A DNA stretch of 63,974 nt, counting the filler, from Candidatus Methanoxibalbensis ujae (lineage in GTDB: Archaea > Halobacteriota > Syntropharchaeia > Alkanophagales > Methanospirareceae): NCBI GenBank assembly GCA_026134085.1. It is 10 parts of 10 records of this genome, joined end to end, with 100 filler letters (N's around TTAATTAATTAA, not from the genome) between each part and the next. Parts side by side here need not be neighbours in the genome. Positions count along the whole stretch, not along the records: positions 34,848 to 40,884 come from JAOQIN010000066.1; positions 40,985 to 46,986 come from JAOQIN010000067.1; positions 47,087 to 52,989 come from JAOQIN010000068.1; 7 more parts are not named here. The stretch is one strand, 5' to 3'. The position numbers were made by a program, and so were the translations under genes. Below are positions 40,417 to 49,836 of the stretch, in pieces; within the stretch, counting starts at the first letter, position 1, and the number at the start of each line of letters is the position of its first letter. The notes under the pieces are model-generated. The model saw only the letters and a list, made by a program, of their open reading frames with translations. It did not search any database and was not told the DNA's origin.

Positions 40417-40984
40417 TCTCTATCACCTTTACCACTGCTCCTCTCTCCTCTCTTCTTCTTCACCTATATTATGCGTTTCGCTCATGTCCTGCCCCGCTCA
40501 TGTCCTGCCCACAAACACAATCTTAGAACCTCCTCTCAAACCTGAACATCGTTCCATCTGAACATCGTTCCATATACCCACACCACCATAACTTCAACAT
40601 TTCCATCAAACAGCAACCCCCTGCTCTCATCTCATTCAAGCAAAAAGATGCAGCCTCATCAACATACTGCATCCCACTCCCACGCCACTCAGTTCTATAT
40701 TTTTGTTATTTTGTTATTTTAGCACATAAAAACAAAATTTATTATATTCATACTGCTCTTAACATAAACAACATTATTTTTATTTTGGCTCATGTTCGTG
40801 GATTATAGGAGGAAGATCAAACGGATTTTCTCGTTCAGCAGTAATCTCAACCAGCCCTTACGCCTCCTCATTACCTTAACTCTCNNNNNNNNNNNNNNNN
40901 NNNNNNNNNNNNNNNNNNNNNNNNNNNNTTAATTAATTAANNNNNNNNNNNNNNNNNNNNNNNNNNNNNNNNNNNNNNNNNNNN

Positions 40985-41150
40985 TAAATCAGAATTGAAA
41001 CATGAGATATTTGGTGATAGAAAGGGTTTCTTTGTTTAAGAGGGCGAGGAGGTTCTGGAACGGGTTTCCTTTCAATAGCTCTTTTGATTACAGAGCCGGA
41101 TTGAGTGCTTTATGGCTCTCTCTATTGGAGGTGTTAATCTTGACACTACC
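40985..41150 (+). mobile_element. IS6-family relic, 3' end (copy 1)
   Basis: 166 bp nearly identical to 47087-47252; decayed HEIFGDR..SLFKR..RRFWNxFPFNSS..YWRC; ends CTTGACACTACC. Confidence 0.65.
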
Positions 41151-41276
41151 ACAGAAAATAATAATTAAAAAAAATTTATTGTATTCATATAAAAAACAAA
41201 CTTAAAAATTTTGAAAGTTTTCTTGGATTTTCGGATAGGAAAAAATAATCCTGATGAACAGATTAGTGTTGGGAAG

Positions 41277-42110
41277 ATGAGCAGAGATCATAAAATTGCG
41301 CAACCTGAAAGCGTATATCTGGATATCCTGAATGCGATGAGCAATTTCGCAGGCATTGTTGATCGGGAGTATCGTCTGACATTTGCGAACAGAGCGGTGA
41401 TGGAGTCATGCGGATATTCAGCTGATGATGTCGTCGGAAAGGTGTTTTGGGAGACTCCGTGGTTCAATCGCTCAAAGAAATCTCAGGAGATTGTGAGAGA
41501 TTCTGTGAAGAAAGTGTTAAGCGGAGAAGTTGAGCGTGTGCAGACTGAGGTCAGTGCGTTTAAAAAGGATGGGACGGAATTTCCCACAATTTTCAACGCA
41601 TCTCCTCTCAGAAAAAACGGAGAGATAATAGCAGTGGTGGTTGAGGGAAAGCCCATATCTGAGCAGAAGATGCTTGAGAGGAAATTGAAAGATACGATTG
41701 AGAAGCTTAAAGCGGCACAGGAGGAGCTGATGACGCCTGTTGTTCAGATATGGGATAAAATACTTGCTCTTCCCGTGATAGGAGTTGTTGACAGCTATCG
41801 CGCACAGAAAATTACGGAAACTTTACTCAAAAGAATCGCGAAGACGCAGGCTGAATTTGTCATTATTGATATAACAGGAGTATCATCAATGGACACTGAA
41901 GTTGCAAACAATCTTTTGAAGACGGTAAAAGCTGCCAGTCTTCTCGGATGCACATGCATAATAACCGGAATTCGCCCTGAAATCGCCCAGACAATGACCC
42001 ATATCGGCATTAAACTTGACATAATCACGAGGCGCGACCTTTACAACGGCCTGATGTTCTGTCTTGAGAGCATGGGATACGTCATCAAAGAAAGACAGGA
42101 TCAGGTGTGA
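41277..42110 (+). CDS. rsbR: stressosome sensor RsbR (PAS plus STAS)
   Basis: PAS (FANRAVMESCGYSADDVVGKVFWETPW), coiled coil, ELMTPVVQIWDKILALPVIGVVDSYRA, IIDITGV..MDTEVA, GIRPEIAQT. Confidence 0.9.
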   Translation: MSRDHKIAQPESVYLDILNAMSNFAGIVDREYRLTFANRAVMESCGYSADDVVGKVFWETPWFNRSKKSQEIVRDSVKKVLSGEVERVQTEVSAFKKDGTEFPTIFNASPLRKNGEIIAVVVEGKPISEQKMLERKLKDTIEKLKAAQEELMTPVVQIWDKILALPVIGVVDSYRAQKITETLLKRIAKTQAEFVIIDITGVSSMDTEVANNLLKTVKAASLLGCTCIITGIRPEIAQTMTHIGIKLDIITRRDLYNGLMFCLESMGYVIKERQDQV

Positions 42111-42116
42111 TGGGAG

Positions 42117-42590
42117 ATGCGAGACGAGGGAGTGAACAGCAGGCAGCAGAGGATAAGGCGTGCATGGGACAGGATACCGATATTGCAGGTGGAGGATTAC
42201 CTGCTTGCCTCCATACAGGTGCCCCTGCACGATGAGCTTGCGCTTCGTTTTCAGCGTGATCTGCTTGACATGATAGAGCAATCGAGGGCGAAGGGCGTGA
42301 TCATAGACATAACTGCGATAGATGTTGTTGATTCCTTCATCACACGCATTCTCGTTGAGACAGCGAGGATGGCATCACTGATGGGTGCAGAAACAGTGAT
42401 TGTGGGATTGCGACCTGAAATATCAATAACGCTTGTTGAATTTGGTGTTGAGTTTGAGAATATAAAAACAGCACTTGACCTTGAACATGGAATAAAAATT
42501 TTAAAAGAAAAGACATTGGACGAAAATTTATCAAGTAATGGAAGAAAATCTCAAATAAGAGGTAATAGTGATACTGGTGATGCTACATGA
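42117..42590 (+). CDS. rsbS: stressosome scaffold RsbS (STAS)
   Basis: IPILQV..LLASIQ, GVIIDITAIDVVDSF (phospho-Ser site), GLRPEISITLVEFG. Confidence 0.92.
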   Translation: MRDEGVNSRQQRIRRAWDRIPILQVEDYLLASIQVPLHDELALRFQRDLLDMIEQSRAKGVIIDITAIDVVDSFITRILVETARMASLMGAETVIVGLRPEISITLVEFGVEFENIKTALDLEHGIKILKEKTLDENLSSNGRKSQIRGNSDTGDAT

Positions 42591-43018
42591 TCATAAAGAT
42601 AAGGGAGGAATATGACATTGTTGTTGCGCGTGTTGAGGCCAAGGACATGGCAAAGCAAATTGGATTTGATATTGTAGATCAGACAAGGATTGCAACAGCA
42701 ATATCAGAGCTCGCCCGCAACATAATTGAGCATGGAGGTGGCGAGGGCGTCATACTGATAAATCAGATAAAGAAAAGGGATGAGGAGTGCGATGAGATTG
42801 ATGATGAAGGATCCGGGAGGACCGGTCTGGAGATAGTTGCGATGGACAGAGGACCCGGTATTGATGACATAGAAAAAGCGATGGAGGACGGATATTCATC
42901 TGGAGGTGGGCTTGGCATAGGTTTAGGCGCAGTCAAGCGGTTGATGGACGAGTTCGAGGTGTGGTCAAAGGTTGGAGAGGGAACAAGGGTGAGGGTGGTA
43001 AAATGGATAAGGAGATAA
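42587..43018 (+). CDS. rsbT: serine/threonine kinase RsbT
   Basis: DQTRIATAISELARNI, DRGPGI, GYSSGGGLGIGLGAVKRLMDEF. Confidence 0.93.
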   Translation: MIIKIREEYDIVVARVEAKDMAKQIGFDIVDQTRIATAISELARNIIEHGGGEGVILINQIKKRDEECDEIDDEGSGRTGLEIVAMDRGPGIDDIEKAMEDGYSSGGGLGIGLGAVKRLMDEFEVWSKVGEGTRVRVVKWIRR

Positions 43019-43965
43019 TGGAGAGTTATCGCAATCTTATAAATGAATTTTGTGAGAGCAGAGATGAGCGCGTGCTCTACCGTGCTTCTCTTCTCTCAAA
43101 AGAGCTCATGAGACGCAAAGTTGACCCCGATGAGATCGTTGGTATGCATTTTGAAGTTCTTAAATCAATAACAGAGGGTCTTCCCCCGGGTGAAATACTT
43201 CATACATACTACATCGCATCTGAAGTTCTGCTCGAGCTTATGATGCAATATGCTGCTGCATACCGAAAATATATAGCAGTGAAGGAGGAATTATACATGA
43301 GAGAAAGAAAATTAAATGATTTTCTTGAGCTTTTCATAAGTGTGTTATCGCATGATCTTAAAAATCCTCTCATAACTATAAGCGGTTATGCGGAGATATT
43401 GTGTGAAATATGTGAAGAAGGGTGTGAGTATTCTGAGAAAATAATGGAAAGCGCAAATAAAATGTTTGATCTGATTGAATCCGCACGCACATTCACGAAG
43501 GTGAGAGTGGCTGATTTGAAGTTCAGCGAAGTTGATATCGCCGATGTGCTGGATGAAGTGTTGATTGAGCTTGAGCACATAGCACATGAGAAGAACATAA
43601 AGATCATAAGAAAATATGGCAGGGGTTACATCGTGAGGGCTTCGCAATTTCTGAATCATGCATTTATGAACATAATAGATAATGCGATAAAGTATTCACA
43701 TCCGAACTCAAAAGTTGAGATATCCGTGACTGAGAGCGGGAAATCATGGAAAGTATGTGTGAAGGACTGGGGGGAAGGAGTTCCCGATGAGTGGAAACAG
43801 AAAATATTTGAGAGGTTTGTGCGAGGCGATAAAAAGGGAATAAAAGGCTCTGGATTCGGTCTCGCGATCGCGAAGACAGTCGTTTTGCAGAACAACGGAA
43901 AGATATGGGTTGAGGACAATCCGGAAGGAGGTGCGATATTTTGCGTTTCGCTGCCGAAGGCATGA
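43018..43965 (+). CDS. histidine kinase with an N-terminal RsbU-N-like domain
   Basis: YRNLINEF..DERVLYRA..LSKELM..VDPDEIVGMH N-terminus; LSHDLKNPL H-box, NIIDNAIKYS, DWGEGV, GSGFGL; start at MESY coupled to the rsbT stop. Confidence 0.88.
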   Translation: MESYRNLINEFCESRDERVLYRASLLSKELMRRKVDPDEIVGMHFEVLKSITEGLPPGEILHTYYIASEVLLELMMQYAAAYRKYIAVKEELYMRERKLNDFLELFISVLSHDLKNPLITISGYAEILCEICEEGCEYSEKIMESANKMFDLIESARTFTKVRVADLKFSEVDIADVLDEVLIELEHIAHEKNIKIIRKYGRGYIVRASQFLNHAFMNIIDNAIKYSHPNSKVEISVTESGKSWKVCVKDWGEGVPDEWKQKIFERFVRGDKKGIKGSGFGLAIAKTVVLQNNGKIWVEDNPEGGAIFCVSLPKA

Positions 43966-44618
43966 AAAAAAAGTTATCAGAACAATCATCTGATAAACTG
44001 CAGCGTTTCTCATTCACAGACGAAAATCTGCGCATATTCGCGCTTTCAAGACCTAAGAGTGGTGAGATGCACAATGGAGACAGTTATTTCATGAAGAAGT
44101 GCGATGACAGAATAATTGTGGCTGTTGTTGATGCGCTCGGTCACGGAAAGAAGGCAGAAGAAGCAAGCAGAATCGCTGTTGAATTCATGGAAAACAGTTT
44201 TCATAAGAATCATATGAACATTGAAGACATGATAAAAGGGTTACATCACGCGCTTAAAGGAACAAGAGGTGCTGTCATAGGAATTTCGGAGATTTCAGGA
44301 GAGGAACTCTCCTTTGTCGGTGTGGGAAATATCACAGCACAGATCGCGAACGAGCATATTCAGGCGCACATTCCCTCCATAAGTGGAGTTTTGGGATGGA
44401 ATTTGAGATATTTCAGGGTTTTCAATTACCATTTTACGCATGGCTGGCTCGTGATGAACTCTGATGGCATAAAACATTTTATCTTATCCCGTTATCTTTC
44501 CGATGATCTGAGGCAGATGGCTGAGAACATAATTGATGCTCACGGAAAGGAAGATGATGACGCCACAATACTTATCCTGAAGAAGTGTCAGTGTGGGTGT
44601 GGGGCGGATGATCTGTGA
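43962..44618 (+). CDS. rsbX: PP2C/SpoIIE family phosphatase RsbX
   Basis: NGDSY, AVVDALGHG, GTRGAV, GVGNI, NSDGI, DDDAT. Confidence 0.88.
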   Translation: MKKKLSEQSSDKLQRFSFTDENLRIFALSRPKSGEMHNGDSYFMKKCDDRIIVAVVDALGHGKKAEEASRIAVEFMENSFHKNHMNIEDMIKGLHHALKGTRGAVIGISEISGEELSFVGVGNITAQIANEHIQAHIPSISGVLGWNLRYFRVFNYHFTHGWLVMNSDGIKHFILSRYLSDDLRQMAENIIDAHGKEDDDATILILKKCQCGCGADDL

Positions 44619-44698
44619 TAATCTGTGATAATCGGGGATAATCGGTGATGAGGCCGGGTGATGAGGCTGAGCTGAGAGCACAGGGCTGGTGAGCGTGT

Positions 44699-45448
44699 AT
44701 GGGAGAGCGGGAGGACATTCGTGAGTATGTGATAGAGCACAGGCTCTCCTCTGTGAGGCGTGTGATAGCGGTTTCAGGAGGCAAAGGGGGAACGGGAAAA
44801 AGTCTGACGGCTGCAGTGCTGTCATTGATACTTGCCGAGCGATATAAGGTGGGGTTGCTTGATCTGGACATCTCATCGCCGACTGTGCATCTGATTCTCG
44901 GCGCATGCTGTGAGAAACCAATTGAGGACAATGGTCTTATACCACCTGAGATATGCGGTGTGAAGGTCATGAGTGTTGCGTTCTTCGCGGGAGAGAGGGC
45001 TGTTCCGCTTCGAGGAAGCTCACTCTCAGACATTTTAAAGGAGATTCTCACGATAACGCGCTGGGGAGAGATTGATTTTCTCATCATTGACATGCCTCCC
45101 GGCTTTGGTGAGGCGATGATGGAGCTTTTAAAGCTTGTGAGGCGTGTGGAATTCATACTTGTCACAACTCCCTCAATACTTTCGGCTGAGGTTGTGAGGA
45201 GGATGGCATGCATGCTTTGTGAGATGGGAAAGAGAATCCTGTGCGTCGTTGAAAACATGAGTGATCCGGAGTTTCCTGTGCATCCTGCTGCAGGTGGCAT
45301 TTCAGGTGCCATCGGCGAAAGAAGCACATTCAATGTCTGTTTTGATCCGTGCGTTGAACATGCAATTGGAAATGCGGAAAATCTGCTTAAAACACGCTTC
45401 GCGCATGAGTTGAGATGCGTTGTGGAAGCAATTGAAAGTCGTTTTTGA
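44699..45448 (+). CDS. Mrp/NBP35 family P-loop ATPase
   Basis: SGGKGGTGKS, WGEIDFLIIDMPPG, VVENMS. Confidence 0.88.
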   Translation: MGEREDIREYVIEHRLSSVRRVIAVSGGKGGTGKSLTAAVLSLILAERYKVGLLDLDISSPTVHLILGACCEKPIEDNGLIPPEICGVKVMSVAFFAGERAVPLRGSSLSDILKEILTITRWGEIDFLIIDMPPGFGEAMMELLKLVRRVEFILVTTPSILSAEVVRRMACMLCEMGKRILCVVENMSDPEFPVHPAAGGISGAIGERSTFNVCFDPCVEHAIGNAENLLKTRFAHELRCVVEAIESRF

Positions 45449-45473
45449 AAGTCGTTAACAGCATGATCTCAGC

Positions 45474-46598
45474 TCAGCATATTCTCGGCACAGGGTCTCC
45501 GATGGGTGGCTCAACTGTTCTCCTGCCGCCCACCTCCGTTTTCATGACAACACCTCTCAGTTCCTCTGAGGCATAACCGATGATTTCAGCATTTTTCCCG
45601 AGTTCGTCGTGTCTGAGTGCACGAAGGACATCTTCAGCAATCTCACTCACAACACCCATCACGATTTTTCCCTCATTTCCGATTTCAAGCGGGTCTATCC
45701 CGAGCATCTCGCACGCGCTCCTGACTGATTCTCGTATTGGAATCCTTTCCTCCTCTATCTCTATGCCCACGCCGGATTTTTCGCTGAATTCGTTGAGTGC
45801 GTTTGCAAGTCCTCCTCTTGTGGGATCCTTCATCGCAACAATTCCACCAACTTTGAGGATTTCCTGAACGAGCTTGTTAAGCGGTGCGATGTCCGATTTC
45901 AACTCAGAGTCAAAATTTATGCCTTCTCTGTGAGACAGGAGTGCGATGCCGTGATCTCCGATGTATCCCGATACAATTATCGCATCTCCGTCTTTCAAAT
46001 TTGAATCAGTAAGCCATCTTATATCAGCGCGCCCGCGATAATCCCGCACCACATCAAAATTATGTTCAAGTGCCTCAGTGCGAAAACCGATGGCGGATGT
46101 GTTTATGATAATCCTGTCGACTGCACCTTTTTCCACAACTTTTGTGTCTCCTGTAACAATTTTAACAGATGCCATATGTGCGGTATCTCGCATACTTCCG
46201 AGCACACGCACAAAATCGGACATTGGAAAACCCTCCTCTATCACGAACGCTGCTGACATGCATACGGGAGATGCTCCCATCACTGCGATGTCATTAACAG
46301 TGCCCGCGATTGAAAGAGAACCGATGTCGCCGCCGGGGAAAAAAAGAGGTTTCACGGTGTGTGAGTCTGTTGTGAACACAATTCCATTGAAAACTGCGGA
46401 ATCGTCCAACGCATCAAGCGGCACTTCCTCACACACACAGTTGGACAGCAGCACATCTCCATCATCACCGGGCACATTTTCGCTATCAGCGAAATATTGC
46501 ATGATTTCCCTGAGCAGCTCACGCATTGCCTCCCCTCCAGCACCATGCTCCATCCTTATCTCTTCAACCTCTCTCATCCTGCTCCTCCGGTGTGCCAT
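45474..46598 (-). CDS. hypE: hydrogenase maturation protein HypE
   Basis: HGAGG, FTTDSHTVKPLFFPGGDIG, VTGDTKVV, DPTRGG, terminal PRIC. Confidence 0.95.
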   Translation of the reverse strand: MAHRRSRMREVEEIRMEHGAGGEAMRELLREIMQYFADSENVPGDDGDVLLSNCVCEEVPLDALDDSAVFNGIVFTTDSHTVKPLFFPGGDIGSLSIAGTVNDIAVMGASPVCMSAAFVIEEGFPMSDFVRVLGSMRDTAHMASVKIVTGDTKVVEKGAVDRIIINTSAIGFRTEALEHNFDVVRDYRGRADIRWLTDSNLKDGDAIIVSGYIGDHGIALLSHREGINFDSELKSDIAPLNKLVQEILKVGGIVAMKDPTRGGLANALNEFSEKSGVGIEIEEERIPIRESVRSACEMLGIDPLEIGNEGKIVMGVVSEIAEDVLRALRHDELGKNAEIIGYASEELRGVVMKTEVGGRRTVEPPIGDPVPRIC

Positions 46599-46769
46599 GT
46601 TTAAAGATTCATTTCTCGCTCAGAATCTTCACGCACCTGACTGAAGCAGTCAATTGCTTTTTATGTATATCCTAATTTAAATCAGACATTGTTCCCACTT
46701 TTTTTCAAGTTGTTTTATAAATAAATTTATAAAGACAATATTTTTCTACTATTAAAAACTACCGATCTA

Positions 46770-46986
46770 ATGTTGCTGCCAATCCCTTCCTTTTCAAATG
46801 AGCGGAAGGGGATGTGGGTGAGTCAAGTTAAATGGAAGTGACGAAGACAGTCAGGTGCAATCATATGTCTGACGAGGCGGGAGAGTTTCTCAGGTGATAA
46901 CTTCAAGAAAGCGAAGAAGATGCGTTCCAATGAGGACTTCCAATGAGGACCTGATAGACAGAGAAGAAACACTCGAGGACAGGAAA
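46770..46986 (+). mobile_element. decayed IS200/IS605-type left end and tnpB 5' remnant
   Basis: ATGTTGCTGCCAATCCCTTCCTTTTCAAA also occurs near the contig end at about 21622-21655, where it forms a hairpin; followed by MEVTKTVRC, matching the start of the TnpB at 38412. Confidence 0.45.
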
Positions 46987-47086
46987 NNNNNNNNNNNNNN
47001 NNNNNNNNNNNNNNNNNNNNNNNNNNNNNNTTAATTAATTAANNNNNNNNNNNNNNNNNNNNNNNNNNNNNNNNNNNNNNNNNNNN

Positions 47087-47252
47087 TAAATCAGAATTGA
47101 AACATGAGATATTTGGTGATAGAAAGGGTTTCTTTGTTTAAGAGGGCGAGGAGGTTCTGGAACAGGTTTCCTTTCAATAGCTCTTCTGATTACAGAGCCG
47201 GATTGAGTGCTTTATGGCTCTCTCTATTGGAGGTGTTAATCTTGACACTACC
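47087..47252 (+). mobile_element. IS6-family relic, 3' end (copy 2)
   Basis: Near-identical to 40985-41150; similarity ends at CTTGACACTACC(A). Confidence 0.65.
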
Positions 47253-47370
47253 AACAGACAGAAGGATCGGTAATGAGAGGCAGAACTGTGCAAAAAAATG
47301 CATTAATGAATCTGTGATTGTTGCCGGGTTGCGTCACCAGCAGGTCCCATGACATGCCACCATATACGGT

Positions 47371-48294
47371 TTATATCATATCTCCGATTATTTTCTTCAA
47401 AACATTTGCAAGCGCAACACTGTCTTTTTTGTCCCTCATCAATATATCAGCATTGAACACGCTGACTTTTGGATGATTGACATTGTCATGCAAATCCACG
47501 ACAAGAGCATCCAGAAAATCCTCATAGCATTCAAGCACGCCCTCGGCGGAGACACTGAATCCGCATGCGCGCATGAACTTCGCGGCAGGACCGCTCACAG
47601 GACTGTCTCCGATTATCGGAGATACAGCGATCACTTTTTTAGCTCTCAATTTATCTCTGATGCCTCGCAGTCTCAGTATGGGTCCTATGCTCGTTATCGG
47701 ATTGCTCGGACCGATTATGACAATTTCCTCCGTGCGAAGTAATTCTTCAAACCTCTCAGAGGGTCTGACATCCTCAATGCCGTCAAACCTGACGCCACGC
47801 ACATTCGGTGAGCCTCCCCGCGAAACCCAGAACTCCTGAAAGTGCATATCTCCATCATCCGTCTCAATTATTGTTCTCACCGCAGCAGGCTCATCAGTCA
47901 TCGGTATTATCTCCGCAGAAACTCCGAATCGTCTTGCGAGCACAGCTGTTGCCTCTGTCAGTGTTGAACCACCGCGCAGCAGTTCAGAGCGTAATATGTG
48001 TGTTGCCCTGTCAAAGTCGCCTATGCGCATTTTCTCGTCATGCCCCAGCCTCTTAAGCGCGAAGTGCGTGTTGAAAGTGTCGTTGCGGATGCCCCACCAT
48101 TTCCTCTCATCAATCACTTCTGCAAGCGCATATATCACGGCATCTATGTCGGGACATACGAGATTCCCCGATACCCACACATCTTCCGCCGTGTTCACAA
48201 CGACCTTGAGAGATTCCTCACCGAAAACCTCCCTCATACCGATGAGCAACTTGGGCGTGCCTGTCCCTCCCGACAGAAATATCACGCGCCTCAC
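47371..48294 (-). CDS. cofD: 2-phospho-L-lactate transferase (coenzyme F420 biosynthesis)
   Basis: LSGGTGTPKL, VNTAED, CPDID, HFQEFWV, IGPSNPITSIGPIL, VSGPAAK. Confidence 0.95.
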   Translation of the reverse strand: MRRVIFLSGGTGTPKLLIGMREVFGEESLKVVVNTAEDVWVSGNLVCPDIDAVIYALAEVIDERKWWGIRNDTFNTHFALKRLGHDEKMRIGDFDRATHILRSELLRGGSTLTEATAVLARRFGVSAEIIPMTDEPAAVRTIIETDDGDMHFQEFWVSRGGSPNVRGVRFDGIEDVRPSERFEELLRTEEIVIIGPSNPITSIGPILRLRGIRDKLRAKKVIAVSPIIGDSPVSGPAAKFMRACGFSVSAEGVLECYEDFLDALVVDLHDNVNHPKVSVFNADILMRDKKDSVALANVLKKIIGDMI

Positions 48295-48320
48295 CTCCTG
48301 AGCATCAGGACCTCCTCCTC

Positions 48321-48884
48321 ATGAGGATTTCTTTTAAAGAAGAATGGAATTATGTGCGCCTCTACGCCTATGATGCGGGGGACTGTCATCCGAAGAGATG
48401 CACTGTCAGGCGTCTTGAGCGTTTCGGATTGATTGAGCGCGTCAGCAGCCTGCGGCGCCTGCGAAAGGCTCTTCTCCTGTTTCCGACTGCTGAGACCGCA
48501 CTCTCGCCGGCAGATGCGGATATCGCATCAAAACAGGGGATCGCGGTCATAGACTGCTCATGGCGCCGAATAGAGAATGAAAACACAGCTCAGACAGTTC
48601 ATCGCGGAGCCCGCGGCAATCTCCGCGCGCTGCCCTTCCTCATCGCAGCGAACCCTGTGAACTTCGGCAGACCATTTATACTGAGCTCGGCAGAGGCAAT
48701 CGCCGCATCCCTGTTTATACTCGGTGAAAAAGAGCACGCAAATCTCATCATGAGCAAGTTCAAGTGGGGTCACGCATTCATCTCACTGAACGGCAAAATG
48801 CTTGAGGCCTATGCAAACGCCAGGAGCAGCAGAGAGGTCGTTGAACTGCAGATGCACTTCATGCAGGGGCGACAAATTAAATGA
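48321..48884 (+). CDS. tsr3: 16S rRNA aminocarboxypropyltransferase Tsr3
   Basis: DCHPKRCT, LSPAD, IDCSW, RALPFLIAANPVNFGRP, FKWGHAF. Confidence 0.92.
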   Translation: MRISFKEEWNYVRLYAYDAGDCHPKRCTVRRLERFGLIERVSSLRRLRKALLLFPTAETALSPADADIASKQGIAVIDCSWRRIENENTAQTVHRGARGNLRALPFLIAANPVNFGRPFILSSAEAIAASLFILGEKEHANLIMSKFKWGHAFISLNGKMLEAYANARSSREVVELQMHFMQGRQIK

Positions 48885-48891
48885 TGGCTGA

Positions 48892-49749
48892 TCAGAAAAG
48901 TATGTCAAGCGGCGGTTTTTTGAAGAGTCCATGCTCCTCTCCCATAGCATACAGCACATCAAGCGCTTTGACAACTTCCTCATCCATCATATATGTGCGC
49001 TCGTTCACATACATCCGCACGAACCTCCTGATGACATCCTCATCCGCACCCCTCGCATATTTGATCGCATATCTCAGCGCCTCATCCGCATGCTCAATCG
49101 CATATCTCACGCTTTCCCGCATTTCATGCAGAAATTCCCGCTGCTTTTCCTCAGAAATACTGCGATTTATCACATTTAACCCCAGAGGAAGCGGAAGTTT
49201 TGTGCGTGAGTGCCACCACTCCCAGAAGTCAAGCACTTTTTTGAGTCCCAATCGCTCGTATGTGATCTGCGCTTCGTGAATCAGCACGCCCGCATCCACA
49301 TCACCGCTCAACACCGCATTCGGTATCCTTTCAAAACGCATTTCCACAACCTCGCAATCGGGAAGCGCAAGACTCAGGAGGAGCGCAGCAGTCGTGTATC
49401 TGCCAGGAATCGCCACACTCTCAAAATCTTCCAGATCTGCTGCTGAAACTGCTGATGAGCGTTCTGATGAGCGCTCTGATGAGCGTTCTGATGAGCACAC
49501 TAAAACGGGGCCATAGCCATCTCCAACGCTCGCACCAGCGGACAGAATGCGGTATTTTTCGTGGACAAATGCGTATGCATGCGCTGAAATCGCGGTGACA
49601 TCATATTCGGTGCGCATCGCTTTTCTGTTCAGAGTCTCAATGTCCTCAACCACATGAACAATGCCCGCTGAGCCTGATATCATGCCGTAAAACATGAACG
49701 CATCATCAGCATCAGGCGTGTGCGCAATCTTGAGCATCATATCACCCAT
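48892..49749 (-). CDS. mqnD: MqnD family protein (1,4-dihydroxy-6-naphthoate synthase-like)
   Basis: AHTPDADDAFMFY, DIETLN, GASVGDGYGP, AIPGRYTTA, LIHE, LPLPLG, MYVN. Confidence 0.85.
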   Translation of the reverse strand: MGDMMLKIAHTPDADDAFMFYGMISGSAGIVHVVEDIETLNRKAMRTEYDVTAISAHAYAFVHEKYRILSAGASVGDGYGPVLVCSSERSSERSSERSSAVSAADLEDFESVAIPGRYTTAALLLSLALPDCEVVEMRFERIPNAVLSGDVDAGVLIHEAQITYERLGLKKVLDFWEWWHSRTKLPLPLGLNVINRSISEEKQREFLHEMRESVRYAIEHADEALRYAIKYARGADEDVIRRFVRMYVNERTYMMDEEVVKALDVLYAMGEEHGLFKKPPLDILF

Positions 49750-49836
49750 CGCACTCTTTTATTACTGCACTCATTCAACCTCACCGCACTCATTCATCAC
49801 CTCACCGCACAGCACCGCACAGCACACACCACAGGG

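Noticed and set aside
40985..41001. ATTGAAAC at the start of two contigs as a possible CRISPR repeat end
   Set aside because: The following 150 bp are the same in both copies and translate to a transposase C-terminus; there is no repeat-spacer periodicity
41002..41205. Short ORFs MRYLVIERV... (also 47104-47352) and MVAGKESQQAED... (14797-15030, 21864-22169)
   Set aside because: Chance frames within the IS6 and IS982 relics
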